A stretch of DNA of 64,000 bases, from positions 20,028,001 through 20,092,000 of the forward strand of contig NC_058368.1 of NCBI RefSeq assembly GCF_018350175.1, read 5' to 3'. Numbering within the stretch: the stretch's first letter is position 1; every line of letters starts with the position of its first letter. Of the stretch, positions 23,768 through 37,614 are shown piece after piece. The notes below the pieces were generated by a model. It was not told the DNA's origin, did no database searches, and worked only from the letters and a program-made list of their open reading frames with translations. The stretch comes from Felis catus (Eukaryota). The position numbers and the translations under genes were made by a program.

Positions 23768-25324
23768 TTTTTTTTTTTGTGGGTGAGAAATCACAAAACA
23801 ACAGGAAACCAAGTAAAGGAATAGCTCCACTGTAGTTAATTTTGCCGTAGATAGGATATATTAAATAAAACCAAACTGATTGTAACGCTATTCATTATTC
23901 TGTGAACATGGCACAGTCTAGGTTTGTGTAGAACTGTATGCAAGAGGATTTAGTTGCTACCAACAGGACTTTTAGATGCTGTGGAATGACCATGATATTT
24001 AGAACTGGAATAAGGTTCTGGCTTTGCTAGTTACCAGCTGGGTAACTTTGGATTATATTATTTAATCTTGTGAATACTGTACCATGTTTTTAGGGTTAAA
24101 TGAGATCATGTGACTGTTTTGTTATTTTCAAGTACCTGATTATTAGTAATTTCAGGTATAGTCGCTATGGAGAGTACTATGTGTATGACTCCAGTAAAGT
24201 TTCAACTAAAAGTTGGTTATCAAGGAAAGAGTCACTTATATTTTGATGTTTTAATTTAGCTTACATTTTAACTCAAAGGCTTTGCTGAATTATAATACAT
24301 TTTAATTTGATTTTTAGATATGATGGTCCTTGAAGTATGTACTGGTTTTTGGATGCATATCACTATTCATAAAGTTCAATACGTCATAGATCATTGTTCT
24401 TTAATTACAAATGTAACCGACTGGCCTCTGAAGGATAATTCTCAGTGTGCTTATACAGGAATAAAAATTGATGTCAGACTTTCATTCAGAAAATATAGAA
24501 GAAAATTTGAGTTAGGTGTAGAGGTGCTACAGAAGCACTGTTCCAATTATTTGGTCCACGTAGTTGTAGGTTAAGGGTAGAAGCAAGATAAAATAATTCT
24601 GAAGCTATCAGGATATCTTGGCCTTCTTTATCTCCCTTTGCCAATTTTTGATCTATCGTGGTATTTGTAGAGACCAGGAGAAGAGAGTTCTATGTACATA
24701 GGTACATTTATTATTGGTGAGATTGGATTATCAGGCACCTGACACGATGCTTGTCGTATGGCAGCCACTCAGTAAACATTTGAGTGACAAACATGAGTAA
24801 ATGGAGAGTGGATGGCTAGACTGACACAGGACAGAGGCAGTGTACCCTTGTATCCTAGCAAATTCACGAGTTGTTCTGTGTTAAGCTAGGGAAGCACTTA
24901 TTTATATTGAGATATAGGTAAAGTATATCTTCTTTCAAAGCTTGTTGAAGTTTGAAAAATTCTCAATGGTTCCATGAACTTGGGCAGGTTTGTATTAAAC
25001 CTCAGTCAGTGAATCAATGAGTATTTTAAGTGCCCAGTGCTTAAATATTTTGTGCTCAGTGCTGAGGAAGAAATAATGACATGCTCCTTGACTTCAGTTT
25101 ACTCAGAATCAGGAAGCAATGATGAACAATACAAGACGGTGTATTTTTAAAAAACTATAGTAAATACACATAACAATTTACCATCTTAACCGTTTTTAAG
25201 TGTGGAATTTAGTAGTGTTAAGTATATTCACATTGTTGTGCAAGGTGTTGTATATTTAAATTAAAAATAATTTGAGAAGGAGAGAGGTTAAATGCAGGGA
25301 AGTAGTATTCAAAACGTACTCCAT

Positions 25325-25456
25325 GGGGACGCCCGGGTGGCTCAGTTGGTTAAGCATTTGACTCTTGATCTCAGCTCAGGCCTTGATCTCAGGGTTGTGA
25401 GTTCAAACCCTCTGTTAGGCTCCACATTGGGCATGGAGTGTACTTAAAAAAAAAAG
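25325..25456 (+). mobile_element. Short carnivore SINE
   Basis: tRNA-like head + tacttaaaaaa tail; TSD aaaa(c/t)gtactccatg. Confidence 0.88.
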
Positions 25457-26352
25457 AGACAAAATGTACTCCATGACACCACTCCAAATCCAGTTTTATT
25501 TGAAGAAACATTCTATGTATCTATATTTTTATTAAGTTTGAAAACTGCCACTATTAGAATTTGGAGAGGGAGAACGATAAATTATTTAAGGGCAGGCTAA
25601 TCAGGGAAGGCTTCATGGAAGAAGAGGACTTAAACTGGGCCTTAAAGAAAAATTCGGAATTGAGTGGGTTGTGGGCAGGGAAAAGGGAAGACATTCTACG
25701 AGAGGAAACCAGGTGAAGTTCAGCAGTGACCATGAACATGGCCTGTTTATAGATCTATGAGAAGACTTACATTATTAGAATTTATTATTTATGTAGGGGG
25801 TGAATGGTGTGACAGGTAGTATAGTGTAATGTTTCTCCAAATGTATTCCACTTACCATGAATGTTGTGGAGAAGGAAGGGAAGGTAAATTCATGTTTGTT
25901 TGTTTTTTTTAATCCCCTGCAAGTCTTCTGTAACATTTGGATGCTTCTATGCACTCAATCTTCTAAAAGTTATAGCCAACATATTTTAATTTGACCAGAG
26001 GTTGCTTTCCCCATTTGGAATCATTATTTCCTGGACACCTGTTTGAAAAATGTATATACCACCTGCAAGTTGTATGACTTAATCAAGAAATTTAAACTGC
26101 CAAATCTCCCCTTCCCACTTTATGAAGATCAGTTAAAATCACAGTGTATGTGAAGTGTTTGTAAATACATTTAACAAATAGAGTATGTGCTGTAATATGC
26201 TAGTGACTGAGAGCTATATAAGTGTAAGGGAAGTTTATTGAACTATAGAATATTACATGCATATAACCCTTCTACATCCTTGCTATTCCAAATATGGTTT
26301 GTGGACATTAGCATCTCCTACATTGCAGTCTTGTTAGAAATGTGGAACCTTA

Positions 26353-26532
26353 GGGGTGCCTGGTGCCGGTTAAGCGTCTGACTTCGGCTTGGATCATGAT
26401 ATCTCGGTTCGAGTGCTGGAGCCCTGTGTTGGGCTCTGTGCTGACAGAACAGATTCTGCTTCAGATTCTTGTCTCTCTCTGCCCCTCCCCTGCTCACGCT
26501 CTCTCAAATATAAACAAACATTAGGAAAAAAA
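26353..26532 (+). mobile_element. Carnivore SINE inserted into a MER5-like element (~26280-26625)
   Basis: TSD aaatgtggaacct; host continues ccagacctactgaattagaacatgcatttt. Confidence 0.85.
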
Positions 26533-27580
26533 ATGTGGAACCTACTGAACCAGACCTACTGAATTAGAACATGCATTTTATCAAGATTAAAGTGATTCAT
26601 ATACACATTAAAATTTGTCATGCTGTTCTGCATCATATCCAGCAAAACTTCATTCCATCCTTTCTTGAATGTGTTAATGGCAGAGAATTTGATAATTTTC
26701 AAACACAAGGTTTACTGTCTTGAAATTCTAGCCTTTGGTCATAATTTTGTCTTAAATGTGCCTTAATATCTTAAATGAGAGCCATTTATATGTAAAAGAT
26801 AAGTTTATGTTTATCTGATTCCCTCATAGAATGTGTCCCTTAAAATTGATCATACTGAGTAACTTGGCCAGAGATTTGAGTGGAAGTTACCAAAGTTCTT
26901 TCACTTTATATATGGAGCATTTGAGAGTTTTGTGTCACTTGTCTTCCATTGCCTCTGTCACTGTTGTTTTTGTACCTTCTCTTGCCAAGCAATTTAAGTA
27001 ACCATCCTTCTTAATTTTTCATATTGGGCTATCATTAAATTTCACTAACCTTAGAGTAGCCTTTGTGTTCCCATGGAACCAGATTTTAGAGCTCTCCATG
27101 CATATATCCAGTCACTTGGTTAGATGTTTTGCTTACAGGCATAAATTACATTGCATTGTTATCTTCATGTACTATGTTGCCTTTCTCTTTAACAAGTTTT
27201 TCAGAAAAATACTGTCTTTTAATTTTGAATATCTAAATAAGATTATTAGAATTGAGCTATAGAGTTCCTTTTAAAAAATTAAGTACTTTTAGTTATTTAA
27301 GTATAAATGCTCACTGTAAAAAATTAAAATGATAGGAAAATGTAGAAAGAAGTGAAAAGTCTAACTTTTCCTCTACCTAATCCCATTTCTTTAAGGTTAA
27401 CTTCTGTTTAGTGCGTGTTTCTTTCGGAACCTTTTTTTAGTGTACAAAAGGTATATACAGTATATAAAACTTAATAACAAGAAAAGTGGATTTATACAGT
27501 GTTCTAAGAATTGGCTTTTTACTCAGAAAAATTAAGCTGATGTCTAGACCTTAATATAATTAATGTGTTTTTGACTTTAG

Positions 27581-27670
27581 GGACGAAACCCTTTTTTTTT
27601 GGAGCCAGCAATAATTATTACAATTACTGATGGGAGCAAGCTGACTACTACCAGTGGAGTCCAGGATGAG
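27581..27670 (+). CDS. INTS6: INTS6 coding exon 4 (aa 114-143); too short to appear in the ORF track
   Basis: tttttgactttag acceptor; GRNPFFLEPAIIITITDGSKLTTTSGVQDE with vWA ITDG motif; donor GAG|GTAAGT; 90 nt, phase 0. Confidence 0.96.
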
Positions 27671-28271
27671 GTAAGTTATATTCCTATCAGCATAGATTAT
27701 GCAATTGTAGTTGAAAAATTATTATTTGTATATGTACTGTAGGGTACTGAACACCTTAAATAGGTTTGATTATTTGATGCGGTCTAGAGTCACTTGTCTC
27801 CTAGGACTTACCTACCTTCTCTGTTCATAGCAGTGATCTCCAGATTTTCTTGAATAGGAATTTCTGTGAAAAACTTTGAGCCTCCCCCCATTCTCCAACT
27901 CCACGTGTATTTTTGAGTTTATGTGAGGGTGACAGTGTCAGTTCATACAGTAAATTTAGTGAAAATGAAATCTTACTTTCAGGTTGAAAAAAAATAGGCA
28001 CAGCACGCTAATAATTTCTTCCATATCTCAGTGGATTGTCATGTGCACTCTACTGTGGAAACTTCTAGACAAGACTAGAGCAAAGCCAAGAGGAGTTTAA
28101 GACTAGGAAAACTGAAGGTTTTTAGACACTTTTATTCAAGTCATGACTTAAAGCTAGCCTCACCTATTCTCTGCTAGCATTCTTTATGCAGAATTGGTTG
28201 CGTGTGGTATGATAGAGTGGCTACAATAGACTTATTTTAACTTTAAACTGTTTTTACTGTAGTATTTGATA

Positions 28272-28640
28272 CAGTTGACCCTTGAACTGTGTGGGGGTTC
28301 GGATTGTCAACTCCCTTGTGGTTAAAAATTTGTGATTGTCGACTCCCTTGTGGTTAAAAATTTGTGTATAGCTTTTGACTGCTCCAAAACTTAGCTATTC
28401 ATAGTCTGCTGTTCATGGGAAGCTTTACCAATAACATAAACAGTCGATTAATCCATATTTTATATGTTATATGCATTATATACTGTATTCTTAATAATAA
28501 AGTAAGCTAGAGAAAAGAAATGTTATTAGGAAAATCATAAGGAAGACAAAATACATTTATAGTGCTGTACTGTGTTTATTGAGAAAAATCTGTATACAAG
28601 TGGATGTTTGCAGTTCAAATTTGTGTTCAAGGAGCAACTG
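28272..28640. mobile_element. Tigger2/MER28-like non-autonomous DNA transposon
   Basis: TA-flanked terminal inverted repeats cagttgacccttgaac ... gttcaaggagcaactg; internal 32-bp tandem duplication 28302-28365. Confidence 0.88.
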
Positions 28641-28809
28641 TATTTGTTTTTCAGAATATATTCATATAGATGGGAGGTGTTTTAGACTACTTTTTTTTTT
28701 TACTGTTTGCATTTGCTTTAGAATCTTAATTTTTGTATTTACAAAGGGTTTAATTAAGTAGGAAGAGTATAGTTTTTAAGTTTAGTAATTTTTAGAAATA
28801 CTTTCATTC

Positions 28810-29030
28810 GTGTGATGTTGTGGAATGTCACTTGGACACGGAGTCAGGATGCGTGCGTTCTGGTCTTTGTTCGGTTACTTTCTAGCAGTGAACTTTGTAC
28901 CAGTTACCTAACTTCTCCAATACGCTTTCCTTGTCCATGAAATAAGTTGGCAATTCTTGCCTTACATCATAGTTTTGTTGGAAGACTGAAATGAAATAAT
29001 ATAGGTCAAAGTGCTTGCTAGGCTGTAAAG
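28810..29030 (+). mobile_element. MIR
   Basis: ttggacacggagtcagg..gttctggtct..agttacctaacttctc..tttccttgtccatgaaat..aatgaaataatata..aaagtgctt. Confidence 0.7.
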
Positions 29031-30370
29031 CAATGAGCGTAGTATTGTTCTCTCATGAAACAATGGAACCAGTAGAGTTGTCTTTGCCTGATCTTGAGCT
29101 GTGTGGAAGAGAACCAGAATTGTTTTGTTTGAGCAGTTAATGTTAAAGGGAATTTAGGATATAATTCATAGAGATAGAACTGAAAATTTTAGGCAGATTA
29201 AAATTCATACGAAATAATTTATAGTCTATACATAATTAGTAGCATTGGAATGCTACATAGCTGAACCTAGTGGGTTTTTGGACTTTCTTGAACTAGGTTG
29301 ACATGCATAGCCAATTATGTCCTGCCACTATCAGGACCCAGATGGATATTAATTATATATATGAACAAGGAGTAGAAATGTTGCTTAACTTTAAATTTGA
29401 AACTTTGAAGTTGATTTTTCCCACTTTACTCTCCTTTTGAAAAATTTGAGAGGAAGATTTAGGTATCAATAATCAAATCGGAGGTATTATTAGAACCCAT
29501 AGTAATTTCTTCAACTTTATTTTATATCAATTAAGTCTTCTGGTGGTTTGTTTGTTTCCTTCCTTAATGATTTTGATTTATAGTTGTGATGGCTGACAAA
29601 ATATTTCTATTTTTTGTAAAATATTCCTACATGTAAGATTATTCATTCAGGATGCTCTGTCTTGCTGCCTTTGTAGAAACGTCCTTTGGGGTACAATATA
29701 TTTTGTTCCTATATAACTGGATTCGTCATGTTTATAATATTTGTTTTGTAGGACCTCCTTTAACTTTTAAACATATTTTGAAGTATAAATGGATATTAGA
29801 ATTGCTCATCTTTCTTCCCAGGTTTTTGGGAGGGATATTGGAGAAATGGGATTGTGTGCTTACAGTAATCTAAAACTACCTGGCAAGTAAGATTGGGAAG
29901 ATTTTCTTGTGGGCAAGCATCTTCCATTTTAGTTCTCTTGTAGCTTCTATGATAGTTAGCCTAGTACTGTGAACAGAGTTTATATTAAAAAATATTGATT
30001 ATAGATACTATGGTATGAGTTTGGTAGTCCTCAAGATGAAAATTACTATTATTTATCAGAGGCAGAAGATTCATTTGTTTTAAGGCAAAGGTTTATTTTG
30101 CTAATGTAGTTGGAACATAGGTCTGTGAGTTGTTTTGGTTTTCAAGGTTAGGAATGTTTTTGATCCTTTGCACATTTGGTTCTTAATGTCTCAACAAGAC
30201 TCCTCTTGTGGGGCAGAGAGAATGTACCCCAGATGTGCATATAGTTGAAACGTAATTTTTGCTAAAATATTGGGAAATGTTGGTCTGTTCTAGCCCAAGT
30301 AATTAAATTATGTGTTTCATTTTAAGGAGTCTTTCAATTAATAAAAAGTATAAAGATGCTTTTTGTTTGC

Positions 30371-30372
<2 letters not shown>

Positions 30373-30408
<36 letters not shown>
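30373..30408 (+). repeat. (TG)n microsatellite
   Basis: Read directly. Confidence 0.95.
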
Positions 30409-30409
<1 letters not shown>

Positions 30410-32459
30410 TGTGAGCGCACATGCACATGTGCACATGCGTGCTACATGTGATCTATGTTGTCATAATTTCTACTAGACAATGAGAAACAGAATTTTGTCT
30501 TTTGTCTCTTCCTCTTCAGATCTCTGAACCTTTGCTTTTGGCAAAACTTGATTCTTTTTTAGATTTATTGAATGAGTGAATATATCAGTGATTTCTACGC
30601 TTGTGTATATATAATTTTTGATTGCCTGTGGCTGCTATTGATGTGACCTGTTACTATTTATGGAGTTGTGCGTCCCACCTGACTGATATCCTCTGCTCAA
30701 AAGAGTTATACTATCTCACATGGGGTATTATATTTGATCTGTTGATGTTATTTTTCAGGAATACGTGTTTCTGCTGCTTTAAAATCATCCTTATGGCGTA
30801 TAAGACGACTTAGAGCTCGTGTAGTCTTTTTATTTTACAAATGAGGATATTGAGATCCAGGGAGACAAAGTGATTTGCTCAAGGTTATAACATTTTTTAT
30901 TGCCAAAATCTGGATTAGAATTGATGTATAAATTCCAAAGACATCCCAGCCCCTCCAGACCAGTGCTTTTTTTCTGTTATATCTCCTGCCTCTATATTTG
31001 ATTTGTTTTTTTGTTTTGTCCTAAAATTTATCTTCTGTTTACCTGATTTCCTGTTTGTCTACTTCACCTTTCTATACAATTGTGATGTAGACATTCTGTT
31101 CTTGTTCACTCAGTGCTCATTGAATGACTCTTATGACCAGGGCATTCATTTCTAGGCAATGAGGATACAAAAGATGAACAGGGTAGATCTTTGGTTCTTA
31201 AGTTTACAGTCTTATGGGGGGAGATTACTCATTAAATAGTTTTATTAAATAGAGATATATACTAAGTGGGAGCACTAAAGAGGGAGGGGAGTGTTAATAT
31301 GACCTGTTTTGTGTATGTGTTAAACCCTGTGTACTGTGAATTTTTATCATCATTTAAATTTTCATTGAATTCAAGGGTCTTGTGGATGATTTAGTGTTAG
31401 GATGTGACTCTTAGCTTGTATCTGAAATTATTATAAAGAAGCCTGGTATAAAGTTGTTTTGAGCCTAGAAAATAGTTAATAGAAAAACTTGGTGTCATAT
31501 TGTCTCTTGACCTGGCTAAGTTTGTTGAGGACAGAATGACCCAATTTCTTATAACTTATTTGTCAAAATCATATAGGGATACCATTTCCTCTGTGATAGC
31601 TCATCACTTAGCAGTGTGTTAGGAGTTAGGAGACTAACGGTTTTGTATTGCAGACAAAAATCTTGAGCTGTATATGATCGTTTTACCTTATTTCATGACT
31701 TTAATTGTCTTTTGGCTTCATTTAATGAAAGTCCAGGTTATTGTCTGATGTGTCATGAGTGTGTTTCTAGTGTAGTACTTCTGAATAACTCTCTAGGACT
31801 TAGTGACTGTTGTGTTGGACGAGTATGTGTGTATTTTTTGCCTCTTTTTTTTTTTCTTTTTAAGTGTAGCTATTTGATAAAATCGGTTCACAATATTTTC
31901 ACTTTTGAGGAGTGAGTTAGATAGGATTTTGAATTCTGATACACAAGAAAACTGTGTTGCTTAGCCTCGTAGTAGTATTCTTTGATGTTGATAAGTGTAC
32001 GTGCTAATGGCCAATTACAGTACCATTCATTATGTTTAGTACTGATGTATCAGGTGTTTTGGTAGAATCACAAAATCAGAATTATTGAAAAAATTTCGTT
32101 CTGTTTTTAATTTCCTGCAAAGATCCTCCCTAGCACTGTTTTGCAATGGAAAACTATTCTTACTATGATTCCAGGAACACATGGCTAACTATATTGCTCA
32201 ATAAAGTAGCCAGAAGAAATCCTGCCAGTACCTTCTTGGCGATGAATGACATTCCAGGGTAGTGTAGTAGTTATTTTTCTCTTCCTTGAAAGTGCTAATA
32301 GTAGTATTATCTTTCAAATATTGAGATTTCTATATGCTGAAGAATGTTTCTGCATCTCTTTATCAATGTTGTGATTGCCCTGGAGGCTAACGTTTTAGAG
32401 AAGATACTTGCAGTAAAAAATAAAATGTTGGCTTTTGACATTAAAAGTTTTGCCTTCTT

Positions 32460-32628
32460 GGGGCTACTGGGTGGCCCAGTTGGTTAAGCGTCCAACTTCG
32501 GCTCAGGTTGTGATCTCACAGTTCGTGAGTTTGAGCCCCGCATTGGGCTCTGTGCTGACAGCTCATCAGAGCCTGGAGCCTGCTTCGGATTCTGTGTCTC
32601 CCTCTCTCTCTGCCCCTCCCCCGCTCAT

Positions 32629-32664
<36 letters not shown>

Positions 32665-32693
32665 AAAAATAAATAAACATTAAAAAAAAAAAA
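32460..32693 (+). mobile_element. Felid-type SINEC
   Basis: Full body; TSD aaaagttttgccttctt. Confidence 0.94.
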
Positions 32694-33152
32694 GTTTTGC
32701 CTTCTTATGACTTTCCCAGCTTTTTAAGACAAACTAGGACAACTACTTTTATAACTTCTTGGCAAATGTTCAGAAAGGGCTTCTGTAGAAAGAGAATGAG
32801 TAATCTCAGCTCTGTGTTGAAGTGGCTACAGATTAGGTAGGGTCTTATCTTTCAACTTGTCAGTTCTCAAAAGCTGATGCAGAAGTCCCCTCAGCCTTTG
32901 AGAGGTGGATTAGTGTTAGTGATTTTTCTGGATCATTCTTTGTAATGTAAATGGTTTTACCTTTTATAAGGATAATCTTTAGGATCTATAATTATGGTTT
33001 ATTTAACTCTTTGTGATCTGTACTGATCAAGACAATCCAGAATTTTTTGAGTTTTTTCTTGTATCTGAAGTAATTCTGAAATCTCATCTCTCCTGCCATA
33101 TATGTTTTTATTTTAGTAAAGTCCCTAAAAATGTGTTAAAAACTATTTAAAA

Positions 33153-33357
33153 ATTTTTTTAATGTTTATTATTTTTGAGAGAGAGAGAGAGTGTGAGTGG
33201 GGTAGATGGAAAGAGAGAGGGAGACACCGAATCTGAAGCAGGCTCCAGGCACTGAGCTGTCAACACAGAGCCTAATGCGGGGCTCAGACTCACTAACCGT
33301 GAGATCATGACCTGAGCTGAAGTTGGATGCTTAACGGACTGAGCCACCCAGGTGCCC
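33153..33357 (-). mobile_element. Felid-type SINEC
   Basis: Full body; imperfect TSD tgtgt(t/c)aaaa(a)ctattt. Confidence 0.92.
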
Positions 33358-35078
33358 TGTGTCAAAACTATTTTAATTATATCAGTCAAGACTTTTAATA
33401 CATATTTAAAAATAGTTGTTTTTTTCCCCAGTACACTTAGAATTTTGGAGCAACTTTTTCGTTCTTTTTTCTTTTTAAAAAAAACCTCTAAGAAATCTTG
33501 AGGAATGTCACTGTAGTATCATAGAATGTACCCAAAGGATCTGTGTGTAAATGCATTTTTTTGAGTTTTCATTCATCCCTTAGCAGTGATGCCTCTTACT
33601 GATTTCTAGGGACTCAGTAATTTGTATCTTAGTAGCTTGTGATTTAAATGTTCTAAACATATGTATAACATTACTGTATATGTTAGTCTCTATCAATTCA
33701 ACTTTCTAAGGACATTTAATAAGAATTTGTTGGATACAGATCATTTGTATTTTCTTTTTATACCCATATTTTTGGCCCTATTCTCTCAACTCCTGGATTT
33801 ATTATTCCTAGTGTGCTATAGAAATGTATATACATCTGTAATTGAAAACTGAAAATATGTAAATGGTAATATGTATATATGTATATAATATATAAAAATA
33901 TTATATATACATATATACATATATAAACAAAATATATGTATATTGAAAATATGTAAATTATAATACAAATTTATAATAGAAGTTGATGAAATGTTTCAAT
34001 TTGATAACCTATAGTGGATTTCAGCAACACATTTACAGTACTCTTATTGAATATATCTTTTTTCAAGGGCACGTGGAAAGAAAAACCCTTTAAGGATGGA
34101 TTGCCCCTAGCCAAACATTTCAATAGAATAATTTTTTTTAAAATACTGGCTTATCACTCTTTAATGAAGCTGTATGGCTACGATAAATAATCTATTATCT
34201 AGAATTCTGTGTAAGATATATCAAAATAATTTTTATTCAGCAGGTGAGGCAGTTTCACCCTGCATTTTATTAGCCTGTCAGAACCAATAAGCAATCAGAG
34301 ACGCCATACATGTAAGGAAAAATTTACTTAGAGATGTTTCTGTTACCCTTCTGATTGCAGCTCTTCCATATATAGACTATAATATTTAGAGCATTAGTTT
34401 TCAAATGGCTGCATCAAAATCACCTAGGGTATTTTATAAAATATTTATGGCTCAGCTCTAATTCTGAAAATTTTAGTTTAGTTGATCGTGACAGGAACCT
34501 GGGAATCTGTATTTTTGAAAATGTCCCAGTTGATTCTGATACACATATTTGAAAACCATAGTTTTAGAATACAGTATAATTACAAATATGTATTTTAAAC
34601 TATAAAAAACACATTTGAAAGTGAACAACTTTAACAAAACACCTTCACCATTTTTGACTTACAATGCTAGCAAAATATTTTAAGATAAAAATTAATTGTT
34701 GACCTTTGGAATTGTTAAGCTTGGGAATGGGCTTCCCGGCAATATGGACTAGGTCTTCTGTGAATATTTTTTACTGTGTTTGATATGATTTAGAATCGAT
34801 TATTGGATAGCCCTGAAATACTAACTTGTGTGCTGACCACAGTCAGTCTATAATTACTGCATTTGTGGTATGCCGAGTTTGAGGAGGGCTTTTAGACCCT
34901 GAATATGAGATGAGGTAGGAAAGGAGAGGATAAGAAAAAAGGAGTAATTAATTCATATTATCTGTCATGTGCTTGCTATCACTGGCTTAAGGAGTTTTTA
35001 TTCAAAGGACTGCATAGTATTCTGTTATCCTTATTGTGCTTTAATTCCTGGTTTGGATATTCATAGCTAGCATTATTT

Positions 35079-35265
35079 ATATATATATATATATATATGT
35101 AAATATATATTTATTTTAATATGGATGGATATATACGTATATATATATGTATATATATGTATATATGGATATATATGGATATATATGTATATATATATAT
35201 ATACATATATGGATATATGTGTATATATATATACATATATCCATATATATCCATATATATCCATC

Positions 35266-35296
<31 letters not shown>

Positions 35297-35312
35297 CCAC
35301 ACACACACACAC
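35079..35312. repeat. Compound (TA)n/(TATG,TGGA)/(CA)n microsatellite
   Basis: Read directly; a (TG)n tract follows at 35462-35491. Confidence 0.95.
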
Positions 35313-35459
35313 TTGACTCAGATGAGGGCAATTTATAAAGAATTGGTGATAGGTACACTTAATTTTTGCTTTCTAGAGAGTTCCTGCTAAAATACCCTTC
35401 TCTAATGAATTGTTCTGATTTTCAATTCTTAAAGTATATTTTAGATTAGTTCATCAGTA

Positions 35460-35492
<33 letters not shown>

Positions 35493-35534
35493 TATAGTAA
35501 ACTTTGCTTGTGTACAAGAATAGTGGTATACCAT

Positions 35535-36140
35535 ACATTTATATTTAGTACTACTATTTTCTAGGTATTGGGGACACAAAGATGAAATTAAGCAAGGCTC
35601 TTGCCTCCAGAAGACATATTTGAAGATAGGCGAGGAAATAAGCATTTGTAACACACTGAGATAAATCTCATGGCAGAAATAAAAGCTTTTGAGAGAGCAT
35701 AAACAGGGGAACTAGGTTATGAGAGATGAGTAAGGAATTGAGCCATGATATTTCAAGAGGAGGGAATAGTGTGTGAAAGTATGAAGGCATGAAAACAGTA
35801 TATGGAGAGACTTGAAATTATATGAGTGGAGTATAGAAAGCATAGGCAAGAGAACTGGTTCCTTGAAATGTAGGTAGAGGCCAGAAGAACCCCCTAAGGA
35901 GACTAGACATCATTCTGTTAACATTTGTAGAGGAAGTATTGGAGGTGTTGAGCAGCAGTGGAGTCTCATGATCAGATTTGCATTTTAGTAAGCTTACTCT
36001 GCCTGCAGGGGTGGAAGATAGGTTGAGGGATGGTAAACTGGGAAGAATTAGCAAACCACATGAAGTAATCCAGGAGAAACATGGCGTGTGCTAAAACTAA
36101 GCCAGTGCTGGATAGAAGGGCAGAAATGTGAGCGATTTGA
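35535..36140 (-). mobile_element. LINE-2 fragment
   Basis: catttatatttagtactacta..ctaggtattggggacacaaagatgaa; atgatcagatttgcattttag..aagtaatccagg. Confidence 0.7.
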
Positions 36141-37391
36141 TGGGTATGCTAACTAGGCAGGTCTTCAGAGATGGTAAAGTAGGAGAAAAAAAAATCAGCC
36201 TTTGAAAGGGATTCTGAACCAGGGTCCATGCTTGGGCTTTAGAGGGTTCTGTGAATTGCCTGAAAACATACTAGACATTGTCCATTTGTGCAATTATCCA
36301 CATTTTTCTGGGGGACAGAGGTCTGTAGCTTTAACCATATTCTCAAACAAACAAACAAACAAAATACAGACGGCCTAGTTATATTTCAGAGTTTCCAACT
36401 TGAGATCTGTGTGGATGTTGTTAGTGTTAACTGAAATGGGGATATTGGATATATAGTAGAAAGCAATATAAAATAATTGTTTGGTAAAATATCTTGAGGG
36501 TACCAATATTTTAAAGGAGTTACAAGCCAACTTTTAAAACAATAGTTCAAAGACTTTTTCTTGCCTTTTAACATTATGTCCTAAGAAAAGTATTTTGTAT
36601 TTAAAAACAAAGAAATAAGCAGAATTTATCTCTAAGTTTTGATAGAGTTTGTATTTTGAAGCAGATTAAATAAGTAAATCTTAAGTCATTTTATTACTTA
36701 TTTATCAGGTCCTTAAGTTTTTAAATTTAAGTCATAGTGATATGAACATTTAAAATTGCTTATTTCAAGTAAGTGTGAACATTGAACTTGAGAATGCTGG
36801 GAGAACAGCATTGTGTGTGCGAGGGCACCTTGTACTAGTGTGAAGTCCACTGAAGAGGATGCAAACCCAGTTTCTTTTTTGTTTATCAGTATGTGATTTA
36901 AGAATAGTTGTAGATTGGCTTTAACTGCACTGGTAGTTTTCTGCCAATTAAACTCCGTGAAAGTGAGCCTGTTAGATGTATTTTATGCCTCTCTAAGTCA
37001 GATTACAGTTTGAGAGCATGAAAAAGTTGAGTATTGGTCTCAATACTGGTGAGGCACAATCCCATAAGCCATAGGCTGTTAGTTGTTTATAAATACCTTC
37101 ATTATACTTATTTAGCTGTGTTCCATAAATAGTTATTTTATATAAGCCTCCATTTTCAATTGTTCTTTTCAGACGTAATAAAATAGATATAAAATTTTTT
37201 AGATTTGTGTATTAGGAATAAACTATGCAGTGACTGGAACTATGGTCTTTACATCAAGGCAAGGCTGCATTTTGATCTAGACAAGGCTGTTTGGTTTATT
37301 TTTCCCCACGCTCTGTCTTTTCAGGTTGAATTACTGATTTTTTCCCCCTTTGTTTTGTTTGTTGTGGTTTTGATGTTTTTTTTCCTTTCAG

Positions 37392-37614
37392 CTAAAGGAG
37401 CAGCCCAGTGGTTTTCAAGAAGTGCCAAAGTGCACTGACTGTCTCATGATGACTGGTGCCTCAGGGAGGGTCATGATTCCTGGATACAGGATCGACCTGA
37501 TCCTGGATGTCACTTCAAGCAGTCAGATCGTGGGGAAAAGCCTTGTCTAATGGCTAGCCTTCCTCAAAAGTCTGATGCTAGTCATCTCGGAAGGCCTCAG
37601 AAAAAGCCTTAAAG
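37392..37614 (+). other. INTS6: Candidate alternative (poison) cassette exon in INTS6 intron 4
   Basis: Long U-rich tract ending ttttttcctttcag, donor AAG|GTGAGC, higher GC than flanks, in-frame TAA at 37548-37550; no transcript evidence available. Confidence 0.5.

Noticed and set aside
28302..28365. Direct repeats as a CRISPR-like array (also 51198-51230)
   Set aside because: Only 2-3 adjacent copies without spacers, in eukaryotic intron or transposon DNA; simple tandem duplications
26353..33357. Exon 4 circRNA driven by flanking inverted SINEs
   Set aside because: The exon is only 90 nt and closer intra-intron SINE partners compete; no support from sequence alone
35073..35390. Y/I/H/T/V/C-rich ORFs in all six frames
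   Set aside because: Microsatellite translation
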